Position numbers and translations under genes: made by a program. Shown in pieces: positions 54,503 through 63,315 of a stretch of DNA of 64,000 nt. Source of the stretch: a virus; the IMG/VR virus record IMGVR_UViG_3300045988_147264, positions 32,001 to 96,000 of that record. One strand, given 5' to 3'. Numbering within the stretch: the stretch's first letter is position 1; every line of letters begins with the position of its first letter. The notes beneath the pieces are model-generated. The model saw only the letters and a program-made list of their open reading frames with translations. It ran no database searches and was not told where the DNA came from.

Positions 54503-55372
54503 ATGATCAAAGAATTTACAGTCGGGGCAGACCCCGAGATGTTTATCATTAATGAGACAACCGGAGAGGTGGTCTCCTCGATTGGATTAATCCCTGGCGA
54601 GAAAGGTGACGCCTATCGCGCCGAAGACATGCCAGAGGGTTACGGCATTGAAACAGACAACATTCTTGCTGAATTCAATATCCCTCCTTGCAAAACCAAG
54701 GATGAGTTCATTAATGCCATGAACTACATGAAGGATTATATTCGTAAGTTCGTGAAGAATGTCAATCCTGAGTTGAATATCAAGTGCTCTGCCAGCGAAA
54801 TGGTCGGAAGCGATCAATTAAGGTCTCCTGAAGCCAAGATGTTCGGATGCTCTGTCGATTTCAATGCTTATACAGAAGACTCCAATCCTAAACCTTGCGG
54901 AGAAAGCACCAACCTCAGATCTGCCGGATGCCATATTCATCTTGGCTATGATCCGAAGAGTTACGAGTCAAGCATCGAATTGTTGAAACTCATGGATGTG
55001 TTTGTTGGCTTGCCATCAATACTTATCGACAAGGATGATCGTCGCCGCAGTCTTTACGGCAAAGCCGGTTGTTTCAGGCTTACGCCGTATGGCATTGAGT
55101 ATAGAGTGTTGTCGGCAAAGATGTATGACACCAACGATCTCATGTCGCTAGTCTGGGACGGTGTCATGCTTGCGATTGCTGCCTATAATAACAATTTCGA
55201 GTATAACGCCGGAGCAGAGATGGTTATTCAGGCCATCAATGAAAGCGATGAGAAACTCGCAAATGCTGTGCTTGAAGATGTGTTTGGAAGCATTTTCAAA
55301 AATTTCCCTGCAATGGCTGACCAAGCAAAATCGTTTATTACTGAATTAGGAACCATAAAGAATAAATTGTAA
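54503..55372 (+). CDS. glutamine-synthetase-fold amidoligase (Amidoligase_2-like), paralog 1
   Basis: Motifs YGIETDNILAEF, SAGCHIHLGYD, YGIEYRVLSA. Paralogous to 56774-58093. Confidence 0.55.
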   Translation: MIKEFTVGADPEMFIINETTGEVVSSIGLIPGEKGDAYRAEDMPEGYGIETDNILAEFNIPPCKTKDEFINAMNYMKDYIRKFVKNVNPELNIKCSASEMVGSDQLRSPEAKMFGCSVDFNAYTEDSNPKPCGESTNLRSAGCHIHLGYDPKSYESSIELLKLMDVFVGLPSILIDKDDRRRSLYGKAGCFRLTPYGIEYRVLSAKMYDTNDLMSLVWDGVMLAIAAYNNNFEYNAGAEMVIQAINESDEKLANAVLEDVFGSIFKNFPAMADQAKSFITELGTIKNKL

Positions 55373-56796
55373 TGTGTGGAATCTTTGGCTTTATAGGCCA
55401 ACGGCAGAAACCGTTTGACAAAAGAGCATTCGTTACCTTGGGTGTCGCAAATGACGCCCGAGGCGGCGATTCTTGCGGCATATTCATTGACGGACAGTAC
55501 GAATATGGTGTCGATAAGCTTAAGTTGTTCGGCGATTTCTGGTATCAATCAAAACTTATCAAAGAGACAAAAAGCGCTACAATCGCTCTTGGGCATGACA
55601 GAAAGGCTTCTGTCGGTGGAGTGAAGGCTGAGTTGGCTCAACCTGTCATCATTAATGGAGAAAACGGACCGGAGTTTGTCTTTATCCATAATGGTACAAT
55701 GGTGAATCATACCGCTCTCGCAAAGAAATATCTGCCAGATATGGATACCGCTCATATGAGCGACTCTCAAATCATGGCGCATATTTTCTATCGTCACGGA
55801 TTTGATTCCATTGAGGAATATATCGGAGCGGCTGTATTTGTCGCTGTCGATTATCGTTCCGGAAAACCTGTGTCGTATTTCTTCAAGGGAGAATCAAAAG
55901 AGTATAGTTATTCGACAAAGGCCACTGAAGAAAGACCATTGTTCTTCACGATGTCTCACCAGCAGGTCTATTTTTCTTCAATCTATTCTACGCTTGCTAC
56001 TCTATTTCCTGATAAGGCATTTGCCAAAAACATTTATTTTCCTAATGGGAATATACTTTATACAGTAAATCCTGATGGAGATTTTGCTGTTGTCAAGGAA
56101 TACGACAGGAGCAAGTGCTATCAGAAAGAATCGTATACGAGCGCCGCTTATAACTATTATGGATATAATCGAAATGTCGATTTTGATGACGAGGAGAGTT
56201 ATTACGATTACTACAGAGGCAAAAACAATAATAACACCCCAACAAACCTGTTGACGTCTGGTAACAATGGTAAGCTTACGTTTGATTCCAAGACGATGCT
56301 GTATTACGAAGGAGATGATGTCGCGCATGGGTTGTATTATGTTGTTGACAACGGCTCAATCGTGCCAGCAAGAACAGCCAATGCGTTTGAGGCGTTCTTC
56401 TTCAATGGCGTTCTCATTAAGAATGCAGATGCGTTATTCTTCTTGATAGAATTTATGGTGACAATGCAGTTGACTGAAGATAAGGTTTTCGAGAAATATG
56501 ACTCCCTTGTGAGGTACTTAAGTCCATTGCCGGCGGTTAGCCTTGGTGATGACGGTACTCCCACCTTTCATAAGTATGTCACGCCTACCGAATGTGAGCT
56601 GTTTAGCGGTACAATGTTTCCACTGTTTGCCGGTAGGTCAATTATGTGTCAAGCCGGTGCTGTATCGTCTTCAACGCTTATCGCCGATTCAGTAGGAGAG
56701 AACATCTATAAGAAATTTAGCGAAGAGCCTATCAATATGGAATTACTTGATGACTTTTTAGATTCAACCGTAAATGAAACTGAAAATAATAAATAA
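55372..56796 (+). CDS. class II (Ntn) glutamine amidotransferase fused to an uncharacterised 250-aa C-terminal domain
   Basis: N-terminus MCGIFGFIG with catalytic Cys2 after Met removal, plus FVFIHNGTMVNH. ATG overlaps the stop of the preceding gene. Confidence 0.6.
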   Translation: MCGIFGFIGQRQKPFDKRAFVTLGVANDARGGDSCGIFIDGQYEYGVDKLKLFGDFWYQSKLIKETKSATIALGHDRKASVGGVKAELAQPVIINGENGPEFVFIHNGTMVNHTALAKKYLPDMDTAHMSDSQIMAHIFYRHGFDSIEEYIGAAVFVAVDYRSGKPVSYFFKGESKEYSYSTKATEERPLFFTMSHQQVYFSSIYSTLATLFPDKAFAKNIYFPNGNILYTVNPDGDFAVVKEYDRSKCYQKESYTSAAYNYYGYNRNVDFDDEESYYDYYRGKNNNNTPTNLLTSGNNGKLTFDSKTMLYYEGDDVAHGLYYVVDNGSIVPARTANAFEAFFFNGVLIKNADALFFLIEFMVTMQLTEDKVFEKYDSLVRYLSPLPAVSLGDDGTPTFHKYVTPTECELFSGTMFPLFAGRSIMCQAGAVSSSTLIADSVGENIYKKFSEEPINMELLDDFLDSTVNETENNK

Positions 56797-58093
56797 TCTT
56801 TCCGAAGATTCAAGACAAGATCGTGATGGATATGTCAGAGGAATCTTGCAGGCCACAAAGAACTCCATTGTTGTAGGATGGGTTCCACTGTCTCCTCTTA
56901 ATGTGCTTATCTGTACGAAGCTGAGAATTCCTGGACTTTATGAATATGTCAATATGTCACGTGTTTATGGTCATTCATATGAAGAGCTTAAAGACGTATT
57001 GCATTTTGACAATTCGATAGGGCTTTACAGGTTCATATTTGAGTCTACTCCAGAAACAATTGCCATGGCTACTGCCGTCATGGGTAATGGTCAGTATCCA
57101 TATCTCATTGAAAGAGAGTATGAGGCATTGAATAATCTAGGTAGGTTCAATGATTCTCACATTGTCGAACAGCACAAGACATATACTCTTGGCGACAAGC
57201 TTAAATACACGTTTGGCATTGAGTTTGAGACATCCTGCGGTTACGTTCCTTGCGATAGGACATTCATAGATGGCCTTATTCCGTTAAGAGATGGAAGTAT
57301 TTCTGGAATAGAATACTCAACAATTGTTCTTAAAGGAAATGACGGATTGAATACACTTAAACAGTGTATGGATGACCTGACCAAATACACTATGTTTAAC
57401 AAGGAGTGCGCGTTACACATTCACCTTGGTGGGTTTCCGGTAAAACAGGAATATATCGCAGCATTGGCCGGCGTACAGAAGAAACTTGAGGATTCAAACT
57501 ATCTGTTTACTCTGCCTGAATGGTCATTTAACACAGAGCTTTATAAGTCTAACGGCAAAAGCTACTGCAAGAAGACACCGATATACGAAAGTTTCGATGA
57601 GTTATTCCACGGCGTGACTGGTAAAGATTTCAAGGGTTCATTGTCAGAACCACATCCAAGGGATCCCGAAAGAACTTCCAAGTGGAATATATCTTCCAGA
57701 TATTATGGACTCAATCTTGTCAATATGGTCTGCTATAAGACTCCAAAGACTGTTGAGTTCAGATTCCTCAGACCAACAGACAACTTCAAAAAGGTGTATA
57801 TTTGGCTTGCGATATTTAACGCGCAGCTGGAGTTCACCAAAATGCTTGTTGAAAAATACAAGAGAGCCATATCAGAGGATGCAAATGCTTCGTTCATGTT
57901 AGATTATATAAATGATCTTAATTTTGACCTGACAACCGTTTTGTCAAGTGTATATGAAGGAGACTTTCTTGATTGGCTTATTGACGGTCTGAAACTCATG
58001 AAGCGAGTTATTAGTGTTCAAAATGGAGCAAATGACCACTACGGATCACTTGTAAGTGTTGAAAACAAGATTCTTGGCACTGATGTACTTTAG
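56774..58093 (+). CDS. glutamine-synthetase-fold amidoligase (Amidoligase_2-like), paralog 2
   Basis: Motifs FGIEFETSCGY, CALHIHLGG, TVEFRFLRPT. 23-nt overlap with the upstream gene. Confidence 0.55.
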   Translation: MKLKIINNLSEDSRQDRDGYVRGILQATKNSIVVGWVPLSPLNVLICTKLRIPGLYEYVNMSRVYGHSYEELKDVLHFDNSIGLYRFIFESTPETIAMATAVMGNGQYPYLIEREYEALNNLGRFNDSHIVEQHKTYTLGDKLKYTFGIEFETSCGYVPCDRTFIDGLIPLRDGSISGIEYSTIVLKGNDGLNTLKQCMDDLTKYTMFNKECALHIHLGGFPVKQEYIAALAGVQKKLEDSNYLFTLPEWSFNTELYKSNGKSYCKKTPIYESFDELFHGVTGKDFKGSLSEPHPRDPERTSKWNISSRYYGLNLVNMVCYKTPKTVEFRFLRPTDNFKKVYIWLAIFNAQLEFTKMLVEKYKRAISEDANASFMLDYINDLNFDLTTVLSSVYEGDFLDWLIDGLKLMKRVISVQNGANDHYGSLVSVENKILGTDVL

Positions 58094-58100
58094 GATTGGA

Positions 58101-58164
58101 AATATTTTGTCACACTGATATTGCGTAATTCAATATTATTCAGTATCTTTGTGACAAAAATATT
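58101..58164 (+). promoter_or_regulatory. 14-bp inverted repeat (operator- or terminator-like) overlapping a TATCTTTG -7 promoter box
   Basis: AATATTTTGTCACA (58101-58114) / TGTGACAAAAATATT (58150-58164). TATCTTTG at 58144-58151, 19 nt before the ATG at 58170. Confidence 0.45.
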
Positions 58165-58169
58165 TTCAT

Positions 58170-58652
58170 ATGAATAAAAAGATTAAAAACGCTACTCCCG
58201 TCGATATTGACGGAATACACTTCAGATCAAAAATGGAGGCAAGAGTTTACTCTATACTTAAAGAGAATGGGTTTGACATTGATTACGAAAAGAGAACTTT
58301 TGATTTGCTTAGTGGGTTTTATCCCACTGTTGAATGCTATGACAGGCATTACGACCGCAAACAAAAAAGTGAAATGTTCGGACTTAGCCAAGACAAGGTT
58401 ATGGCCATAACATACACTCCAGATTTCTCTATTGAAATAAATGGAATACTCGTTCTTCTTGAAGTAAAGGGAAAAGAAAATGATACTTATCCATTAAAGA
58501 AAAAGATGTTTCGCAGGCTGCTTGAGTCTCTTAAAGAGATGACTGGCAAGCGATTTATCTTTATTGAAGTGCATACGTTAAGGGAAACGAGGAGCGTTGT
58601 AGAATTTTTAAAGACATTAAACAATGAAGAAACCAATGCTTCAAATGATTGA
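58170..58652 (+). CDS. PD-(D/E)xK family nuclease
   Basis: 160 aa. ITYTPDFSIEINGILVLLEVKGKE fits the PD...(D/E)xK pattern. Confidence 0.5.
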   Translation: MNKKIKNATPVDIDGIHFRSKMEARVYSILKENGFDIDYEKRTFDLLSGFYPTVECYDRHYDRKQKSEMFGLSQDKVMAITYTPDFSIEINGILVLLEVKGKENDTYPLKKKMFRRLLESLKEMTGKRFIFIEVHTLRETRSVVEFLKTLNNEETNASND

Positions 58653-58989
58653 AGATCTAATTGATTTCTTGCCCGAAAAAGACATTCCAATAGCGAAGCG
58701 TCTTCTTAAGGAAAGAAAACTTGAAGATCTTGTTAATCTGATATCATCCGCGCTATTTAAGGTTGAGAAGGTGCTTAGCGGCAAAAGCAAAGGCAACGAG
58801 CAATACGACAAATACTTTGATGAAAATTCTGAGAATATCACGTGGCTTCAAAAATTGTATTCAGAGGCTTCAATGTATTCAGAATTGGTCAACGGAGATA
58901 TTGTTGACCCTTATGACGATGACGATTACGGCATAGTTGTAAACGATCTCAATCCAGACAGTTTCTGTGAGGAGGACGCCATATGGTGA
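58624..58989 (+). CDS. hypothetical acidic protein
   Basis: 121-aa ORF. Confidence 0.45.
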   Translation: MKKPMLQMIEDLIDFLPEKDIPIAKRLLKERKLEDLVNLISSALFKVEKVLSGKSKGNEQYDKYFDENSENITWLQKLYSEASMYSELVNGDIVDPYDDDDYGIVVNDLNPDSFCEEDAIW

Positions 58990-60074
58990 CGTTTAAATCA
59001 ATAAAGAATCTGTCAGTCAATATTACCGAGAGTGAATATCGTAAAATGAACGCGATGCACTACTCGATGTTGTCTCATTTCAGCGAAGGCGGATTTGAAT
59101 CAATAGACCATCTGGATGATCCTTTGTCAACTCCAAGTCTTACATTCGGCAAGATGGTTGACTTGATGGTTTCCGATAGATCTTCGTTTAACGATGTGTA
59201 TGCCATAATTGAAGACAAGGATATGCCGTCAGATAAAACAAAGGAAATGATGGACTATCTCGCTGATGTATATGGCCATTGTTATGACAAGTTCGCTGAT
59301 ATTCCAGAAGAATTTATTGAGAATTCGTGTCAGAAGATTGGCTATCGTAAAACATATCTTCCAAAAACAAGATATTCATCACTTGACAAGTACCGCCAGT
59401 ATTACGAGTTAATCAATTTCGCAAGAAAGACGAATAAAACTCTGGTAACACAAAGTGAGCGAAGAGCGGCAATAGCATGCTATAACGCACTTCTTGACAG
59501 CAAGGCTACAAAAGAGTTCTTTAAGGAAGACTTGTTTGAGGCGAACAGGGATATTGAGCGTGTCTATCAGCTGAAATTCGTATCAGATTATGAACATAAC
59601 GGACATAAGATAACATTCAAAGTGATGCCGGATCTATTGATAGTTGATCACAAGGCGAAAACGGTGAGAATCATTGACCTCAAGACGTCAAGTTTCAAGG
59701 AATATGAGTTTCCATGGGCCTTTGTTAAGTTCAATTATCAGATTCAGGCCAGACTTTATTATCGTGTGATTCGTGATGTTCTTGCAAGAGACGAATATTT
59801 CAAGGACTTTACGTTCTTGCCGTCTCAGTTTGTTGTCATAAACCGTGACACTCTCAATCCACTTATATGGACGTTTGATTCATTTGACAAAAACGGAACA
59901 CTGTCTATGGGGAAAACAAGTATGCGTGACCCGTATGACATTGCCGAAGAATTGGATACATATCTTCATATGTCTGCTGATGAACGCATAGTTCCTATAG
60001 GTGTGTCACTTGAGAGCTCTGGTAACAGCATTGAAAACTGGTTCAAAAAGGAGGTTGGATATGCTGACGCCTAA
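58983..60074 (+). CDS. RecB-family PD-(D/E)xK exonuclease (Cas4 / lambda-Exo-like)
   Basis: VMPDLLIVDHKAKTVRIIDLKTS followed by QIQARLYY (QxxxY motif). Confidence 0.55.
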   Translation: MVTFKSIKNLSVNITESEYRKMNAMHYSMLSHFSEGGFESIDHLDDPLSTPSLTFGKMVDLMVSDRSSFNDVYAIIEDKDMPSDKTKEMMDYLADVYGHCYDKFADIPEEFIENSCQKIGYRKTYLPKTRYSSLDKYRQYYELINFARKTNKTLVTQSERRAAIACYNALLDSKATKEFFKEDLFEANRDIERVYQLKFVSDYEHNGHKITFKVMPDLLIVDHKAKTVRIIDLKTSSFKEYEFPWAFVKFNYQIQARLYYRVIRDVLARDEYFKDFTFLPSQFVVINRDTLNPLIWTFDSFDKNGTLSMGKTSMRDPYDIAEELDTYLHMSADERIVPIGVSLESSGNSIENWFKKEVGYADA

Positions 60075-60447
60075 GGATACTGGATTCACAGACATACACG
60101 GAAATCCAATAAAAACGGGCGACTGGTTTATTTTCAAAGGTGGTTTTTACCGCGTGAATGGAACTCCTGAAAAACCGGTTCTCGCAAAATCTGGAAAGTA
60201 CGGGCATGATGACATTCCCTTAGAGGATGCGATTGCGAATACGCGAGACCAAATATTCACAATGACGCCAGTGAAATTCAATGGAGTTAAGCGTTGTGCT
60301 CAATGCGGAGAATCAAAACCGTACGACGAGTTCGCGATTAACCTCAGTAGGAAAGATTTACACTTTCCATATTGCCGTAGCTGCGCGAAAATGCGCCAGA
60401 TGGGTTATCATACTCCTGTCGAAGAAAAACGCGCTCAGGAGGCCTAA
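60061..60447 (+). CDS. zinc-ribbon protein, possible small nuclease (start chosen at ATG 60061)
   Basis: CAQCGESKPYDEF...HFPYCRSCAKM (CxxC...CxxC). The track ORF starts at 60001 inside the upstream gene. Confidence 0.35.
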   Translation: MLTPKDTGFTDIHGNPIKTGDWFIFKGGFYRVNGTPEKPVLAKSGKYGHDDIPLEDAIANTRDQIFTMTPVKFNGVKRCAQCGESKPYDEFAINLSRKDLHFPYCRSCAKMRQMGYHTPVEEKRAQEA

Positions 60448-60497
60448 AAATGGCCTTTAAATCAATATTAACAATTAACAAGTATAGTGTTTGAATT

Positions 60498-61016
60498 GTG
60501 AGAGAGAAAATACTTGGAGTAATTGCTGTAATTCTCATCATAGTTGTCGTGATTATCATGGCAATTCTATTTTGTGATTTCATATCGAGAAAAATATCAG
60601 CAAAGCGACGCAACAAAACAGCAGTGTCGTTCTTTGAAACATTGAATCTTGTCGGTCTCCCGATAATAACTGTCAATAATAATGGTCACAAACTTAATTT
60701 CTTGCTTGATACAGGAAGCAATACTTCCTATATTAATGAGGGATGTATTGACATGCTTGATTATAAGAAGACCGATGAGAAAGGTAAGATTGTTGGTATG
60801 AACGGTACTGTCTCGGCAGGGGAGTTTATAGAGATGAATATATCGTATCGAAACAACTCTTTTGAAGAGACATTCCTTACCGCAAACCTCAATGACCTGT
60901 TCGCTAAGATTCGTGCGAATAAGGGCATTGAACTTCATGGCCTGATTGGAGTAAGTTTTTTCGATAGATATCGTTACATTCTTGATTTCAAAGAATATGC
61001 GGCATATCAGGGGTAA
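60498..61016 (+). CDS. membrane-anchored retropepsin-like aspartic protease
   Basis: N-terminal TM helix GVIAVILIIVVVIIMAILF. Catalytic FLLDTGSNTSYIN (D-T-G-S) and downstream GLIGVSFFDRYRYILDF. Confidence 0.55.
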   Translation: MREKILGVIAVILIIVVVIIMAILFCDFISRKISAKRRNKTAVSFFETLNLVGLPIITVNNNGHKLNFLLDTGSNTSYINEGCIDMLDYKKTDEKGKIVGMNGTVSAGEFIEMNISYRNNSFEETFLTANLNDLFAKIRANKGIELHGLIGVSFFDRYRYILDFKEYAAYQG

Positions 61017-61017
61017 T

Positions 61018-61386
61018 ATGTCAAAAACATTGACAATGCATGTAAATCATTTGTGTGAGACGTCGTATAAATTGTTCGTTGACGGAATAAATTTCGTTCC
61101 CAAAGAAGAAATAAACAATCTTAAGATTGGCTCAATGGGAAAAGACGGAATTTGTGTCAATTTTGTAAAGGATGACAATAATAACGTGTTCTATGATATA
61201 GAGCGTTGGCATTTCGAGCCAAACTATGCTGGCGAAGACGTTTATGTCAGGGACCCTACGATAAAACACGTCAAGTTGCTTCCGTTCACGTTTGATATAT
61301 ATCAATGGACATTGTTGTTATCTTTAATCGATAAGTATGACAGAAGGGATAAGACGGGTGTTGATGAAAAAACGTGTGATAATTGA
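61018..61386 (+). CDS. hypothetical protein (start chosen at ATG 61018)
   Basis: MSKTLTMHVNHL... begins 1 nt after the upstream stop. The track ORF begins at 60982. Confidence 0.45.
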   Translation: MSKTLTMHVNHLCETSYKLFVDGINFVPKEEINNLKIGSMGKDGICVNFVKDDNNNVFYDIERWHFEPNYAGEDVYVRDPTIKHVKLLPFTFDIYQWTLLLSLIDKYDRRDKTGVDEKTCDN

Positions 61387-61642
61387 TGACCTTTCTTGTT
61401 ATTCAAGAAACGATAAGGCATATACACCTTCGTATTCAATAGGAAAAGACAAGGATACGCGTCATTATGAACTCGACAATCACGATGTCGGTGTAGCATA
61501 TTATGACGGAGAATTGTATTTTCTCAGGGCATACAACAGGAGATGGGTCATCGAATCCACGATCAAACAGGAACAGGCTATTCATATGTCACACGTTATG
61601 TCAAACATGTGTCAATGGTTAAAAACTAATGGACTACACTAA
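61337..61642 (+). CDS. hypothetical small protein
   Basis: 101-aa ORF. Alternative in-frame start at 61364. Confidence 0.4.
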   Translation: MTEGIRRVLMKKRVIIDDLSCYSRNDKAYTPSYSIGKDKDTRHYELDNHDVGVAYYDGELYFLRAYNRRWVIESTIKQEQAIHMSHVMSNMCQWLKTNGLH

Positions 61643-62234
61643 ATCTTCTTATGTACAGGAGGCTACAAGGCTCCGTGATCGCATGGATGGAAAAGATCTA
61701 ACAAAGATATTTTTCACATCTGATACGCATTTTGGTCACGGAAACATAATAAACTTCTGTAAAAGACCATATGAGAACGTTTCAAAAATGGATAACGCTC
61801 TCATAGAAAACTGGAATGCCACTGTCGGACCAGCCGATGATATATATCATCTTGGTGACTTCTGTTTTAACGGAATACAACGATGGTGGGAACTGATTGG
61901 AGCCCTTAACGGGCGGATACATCTTATACTTGGCAATCATGATTTGAAATATATCGATAAAGGTATATTATATATGTTCTGCGAGGTTGAGCACCAAAAA
62001 GTGTTATACCTTAACGACAGAATGATATATCTTAATCACGTACCTTTCTTGAGTTATGGAGGTGATGAGCGTGGGAACATACAGTTGTACGGTCACGTTC
62101 ACTCTGGACCAGACTCTACAAGTCGTGATTTGCCTAGACTCGAAATGTGTTACAAAACTCAATATGATGTCGGTGTTGACAATAACGGATACAAACCGAT
62201 AAGCTTACACGACATCTTGTGTAAAATCGAATAA
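61629..62234 (+). CDS. calcineurin-like metallophosphoesterase
   Basis: Motifs IFFTSDTHFGH, YHLGDF, ILGNHD, GHVH. Confidence 0.65.
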   Translation: MDYTKSSYVQEATRLRDRMDGKDLTKIFFTSDTHFGHGNIINFCKRPYENVSKMDNALIENWNATVGPADDIYHLGDFCFNGIQRWWELIGALNGRIHLILGNHDLKYIDKGILYMFCEVEHQKVLYLNDRMIYLNHVPFLSYGGDERGNIQLYGHVHSGPDSTSRDLPRLEMCYKTQYDVGVDNNGYKPISLHDILCKIE

Positions 62235-62237
62235 TGG

Positions 62238-62630
62238 TTGGGATATTTTGTTTTATTCTTGTCATTGTTTGCGTTTTTTATCTATTATTGTATAGTTTGG
62301 AATCTAAGAATAGGAAATATGTCTCGTCGAAGAAAAGGAAGGAGAACTTCTGCAACGCATCGTCATCACGAAAATCGTAGAAAGATGTTTATTAAGTATT
62401 CAGAGGAATCCAAACAAAAACAAAAGCAAATGAATCTGATAACACTCTATACGTGTACGAATGCCAAAATAAATATTAATCCGGCGTACGTGATTAATTG
62501 CTTTCAACGTTTCGGTACTGGTCGTGTCGTGCTTATTTTGTCGAATGGAGATCATTTCGTTCTTGCGGAACACGAAAAATACCGAAGCGTTGTCACGAGA
62601 ATAAGAAACGCAAATAATTTACCATTCTAA
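62238..62630 (+). CDS. hypothetical protein (N-terminal hydrophobic segment, Arg-rich stretch)
   Basis: 130-aa ORF. Possible alternative start at MSRRRKGRR. Confidence 0.4.
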   Translation: MGYFVLFLSLFAFFIYYCIVWNLRIGNMSRRRKGRRTSATHRHHENRRKMFIKYSEESKQKQKQMNLITLYTCTNAKININPAYVINCFQRFGTGRVVLILSNGDHFVLAEHEKYRSVVTRIRNANNLPF

Positions 62631-62634
62631 TAAT

Positions 62635-62931
62635 ATGCCACAAACAGCAAAAGCAATTAGCAAGTATCTGCGTGCGCAGAAATGGTTTCGCGAGTACTTG
62701 CATGAAATGTATACAAACAACGATGTCACGAACAAAGCAGGTGTCTCAGACTATCTCAATGGAAAGCGCGGAGAATACACCATCTCAGGTGGATTTGACT
62801 GGTCGAAGTCGTCCATTGAAGTCTGGACCAAAAGGAATGACCGGTTCTGGAACTGGTATTGGGAGGAAGACAATGATTCACGAAAACAAAAAACTCGTAG
62901 ACAGGCTGTGCGAGCAGATCGACGACCTTAA
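62635..62931 (+). CDS. hypothetical small protein
   Basis: 98-aa ORF, Trp-rich (WNWYWEED). Confidence 0.4.
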   Translation: MPQTAKAISKYLRAQKWFREYLHEMYTNNDVTNKAGVSDYLNGKRGEYTISGGFDWSKSSIEVWTKRNDRFWNWYWEEDNDSRKQKTRRQAVRADRRP

Positions 62932-63130
62932 GAGGATTGTTGACTTTATTGATGACCACAAAGGAAAATCAATTGGTGTCGGTATGAGCAACACAAGAAT
63001 CACATTACGTGATATCAGGTGGGGCGGATATATCAATGCCATCATTGATGATAATGAACTTATCGAAAGGTTTCGTGGGTTTGTATGCAACGAAATAACT
63101 TTGCTTGAGAAAAAACTCAAGGAACTTTAG
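62873..63130 (+). CDS. hypothetical small protein (start chosen at ATG 62873)
   Basis: MIHENKKLVDRLCEQIDDLKRIVDF... The upstream part of track ORF 62672 is low-complexity. Confidence 0.4.
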   Translation: MIHENKKLVDRLCEQIDDLKRIVDFIDDHKGKSIGVGMSNTRITLRDIRWGGYINAIIDDNELIERFRGFVCNEITLLEKKLKEL

Positions 63131-63137
63131 TGATATT

Positions 63138-63174
63138 AGAGGCGATGGGCTACGGCTTGTCGCCTCTTTTTTTT
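63138..63174 (+). terminator. Rho-independent terminator
   Basis: AGAGGCGA-TGGGCTACGGCTTG-TCGCCTCT followed by TTTTTTTT. Confidence 0.7.
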
Positions 63175-63271
63175 ACCATGATTGGTCGTGACATGTTGTT
63201 CGTCAATAATTAAGATTGTTGCAATGCTGTACGATTGTAGTAATTCATTGGGTCAATTGCGCTTTTTTGAT

Positions 63272-63279
63272 TATCTTTG
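63272..63279 (+). promoter_or_regulatory. Bacteroidota-type -7 promoter box TATCTTTG
   Basis: TTGATTATCTTTGTCGC, 37 nt upstream of the ATG at 63316 and downstream of the terminator. Confidence 0.4.
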
Positions 63280-63315
63280 TCGCATTGTTTAAACAATTTT
63301 AATTTATAATATATT

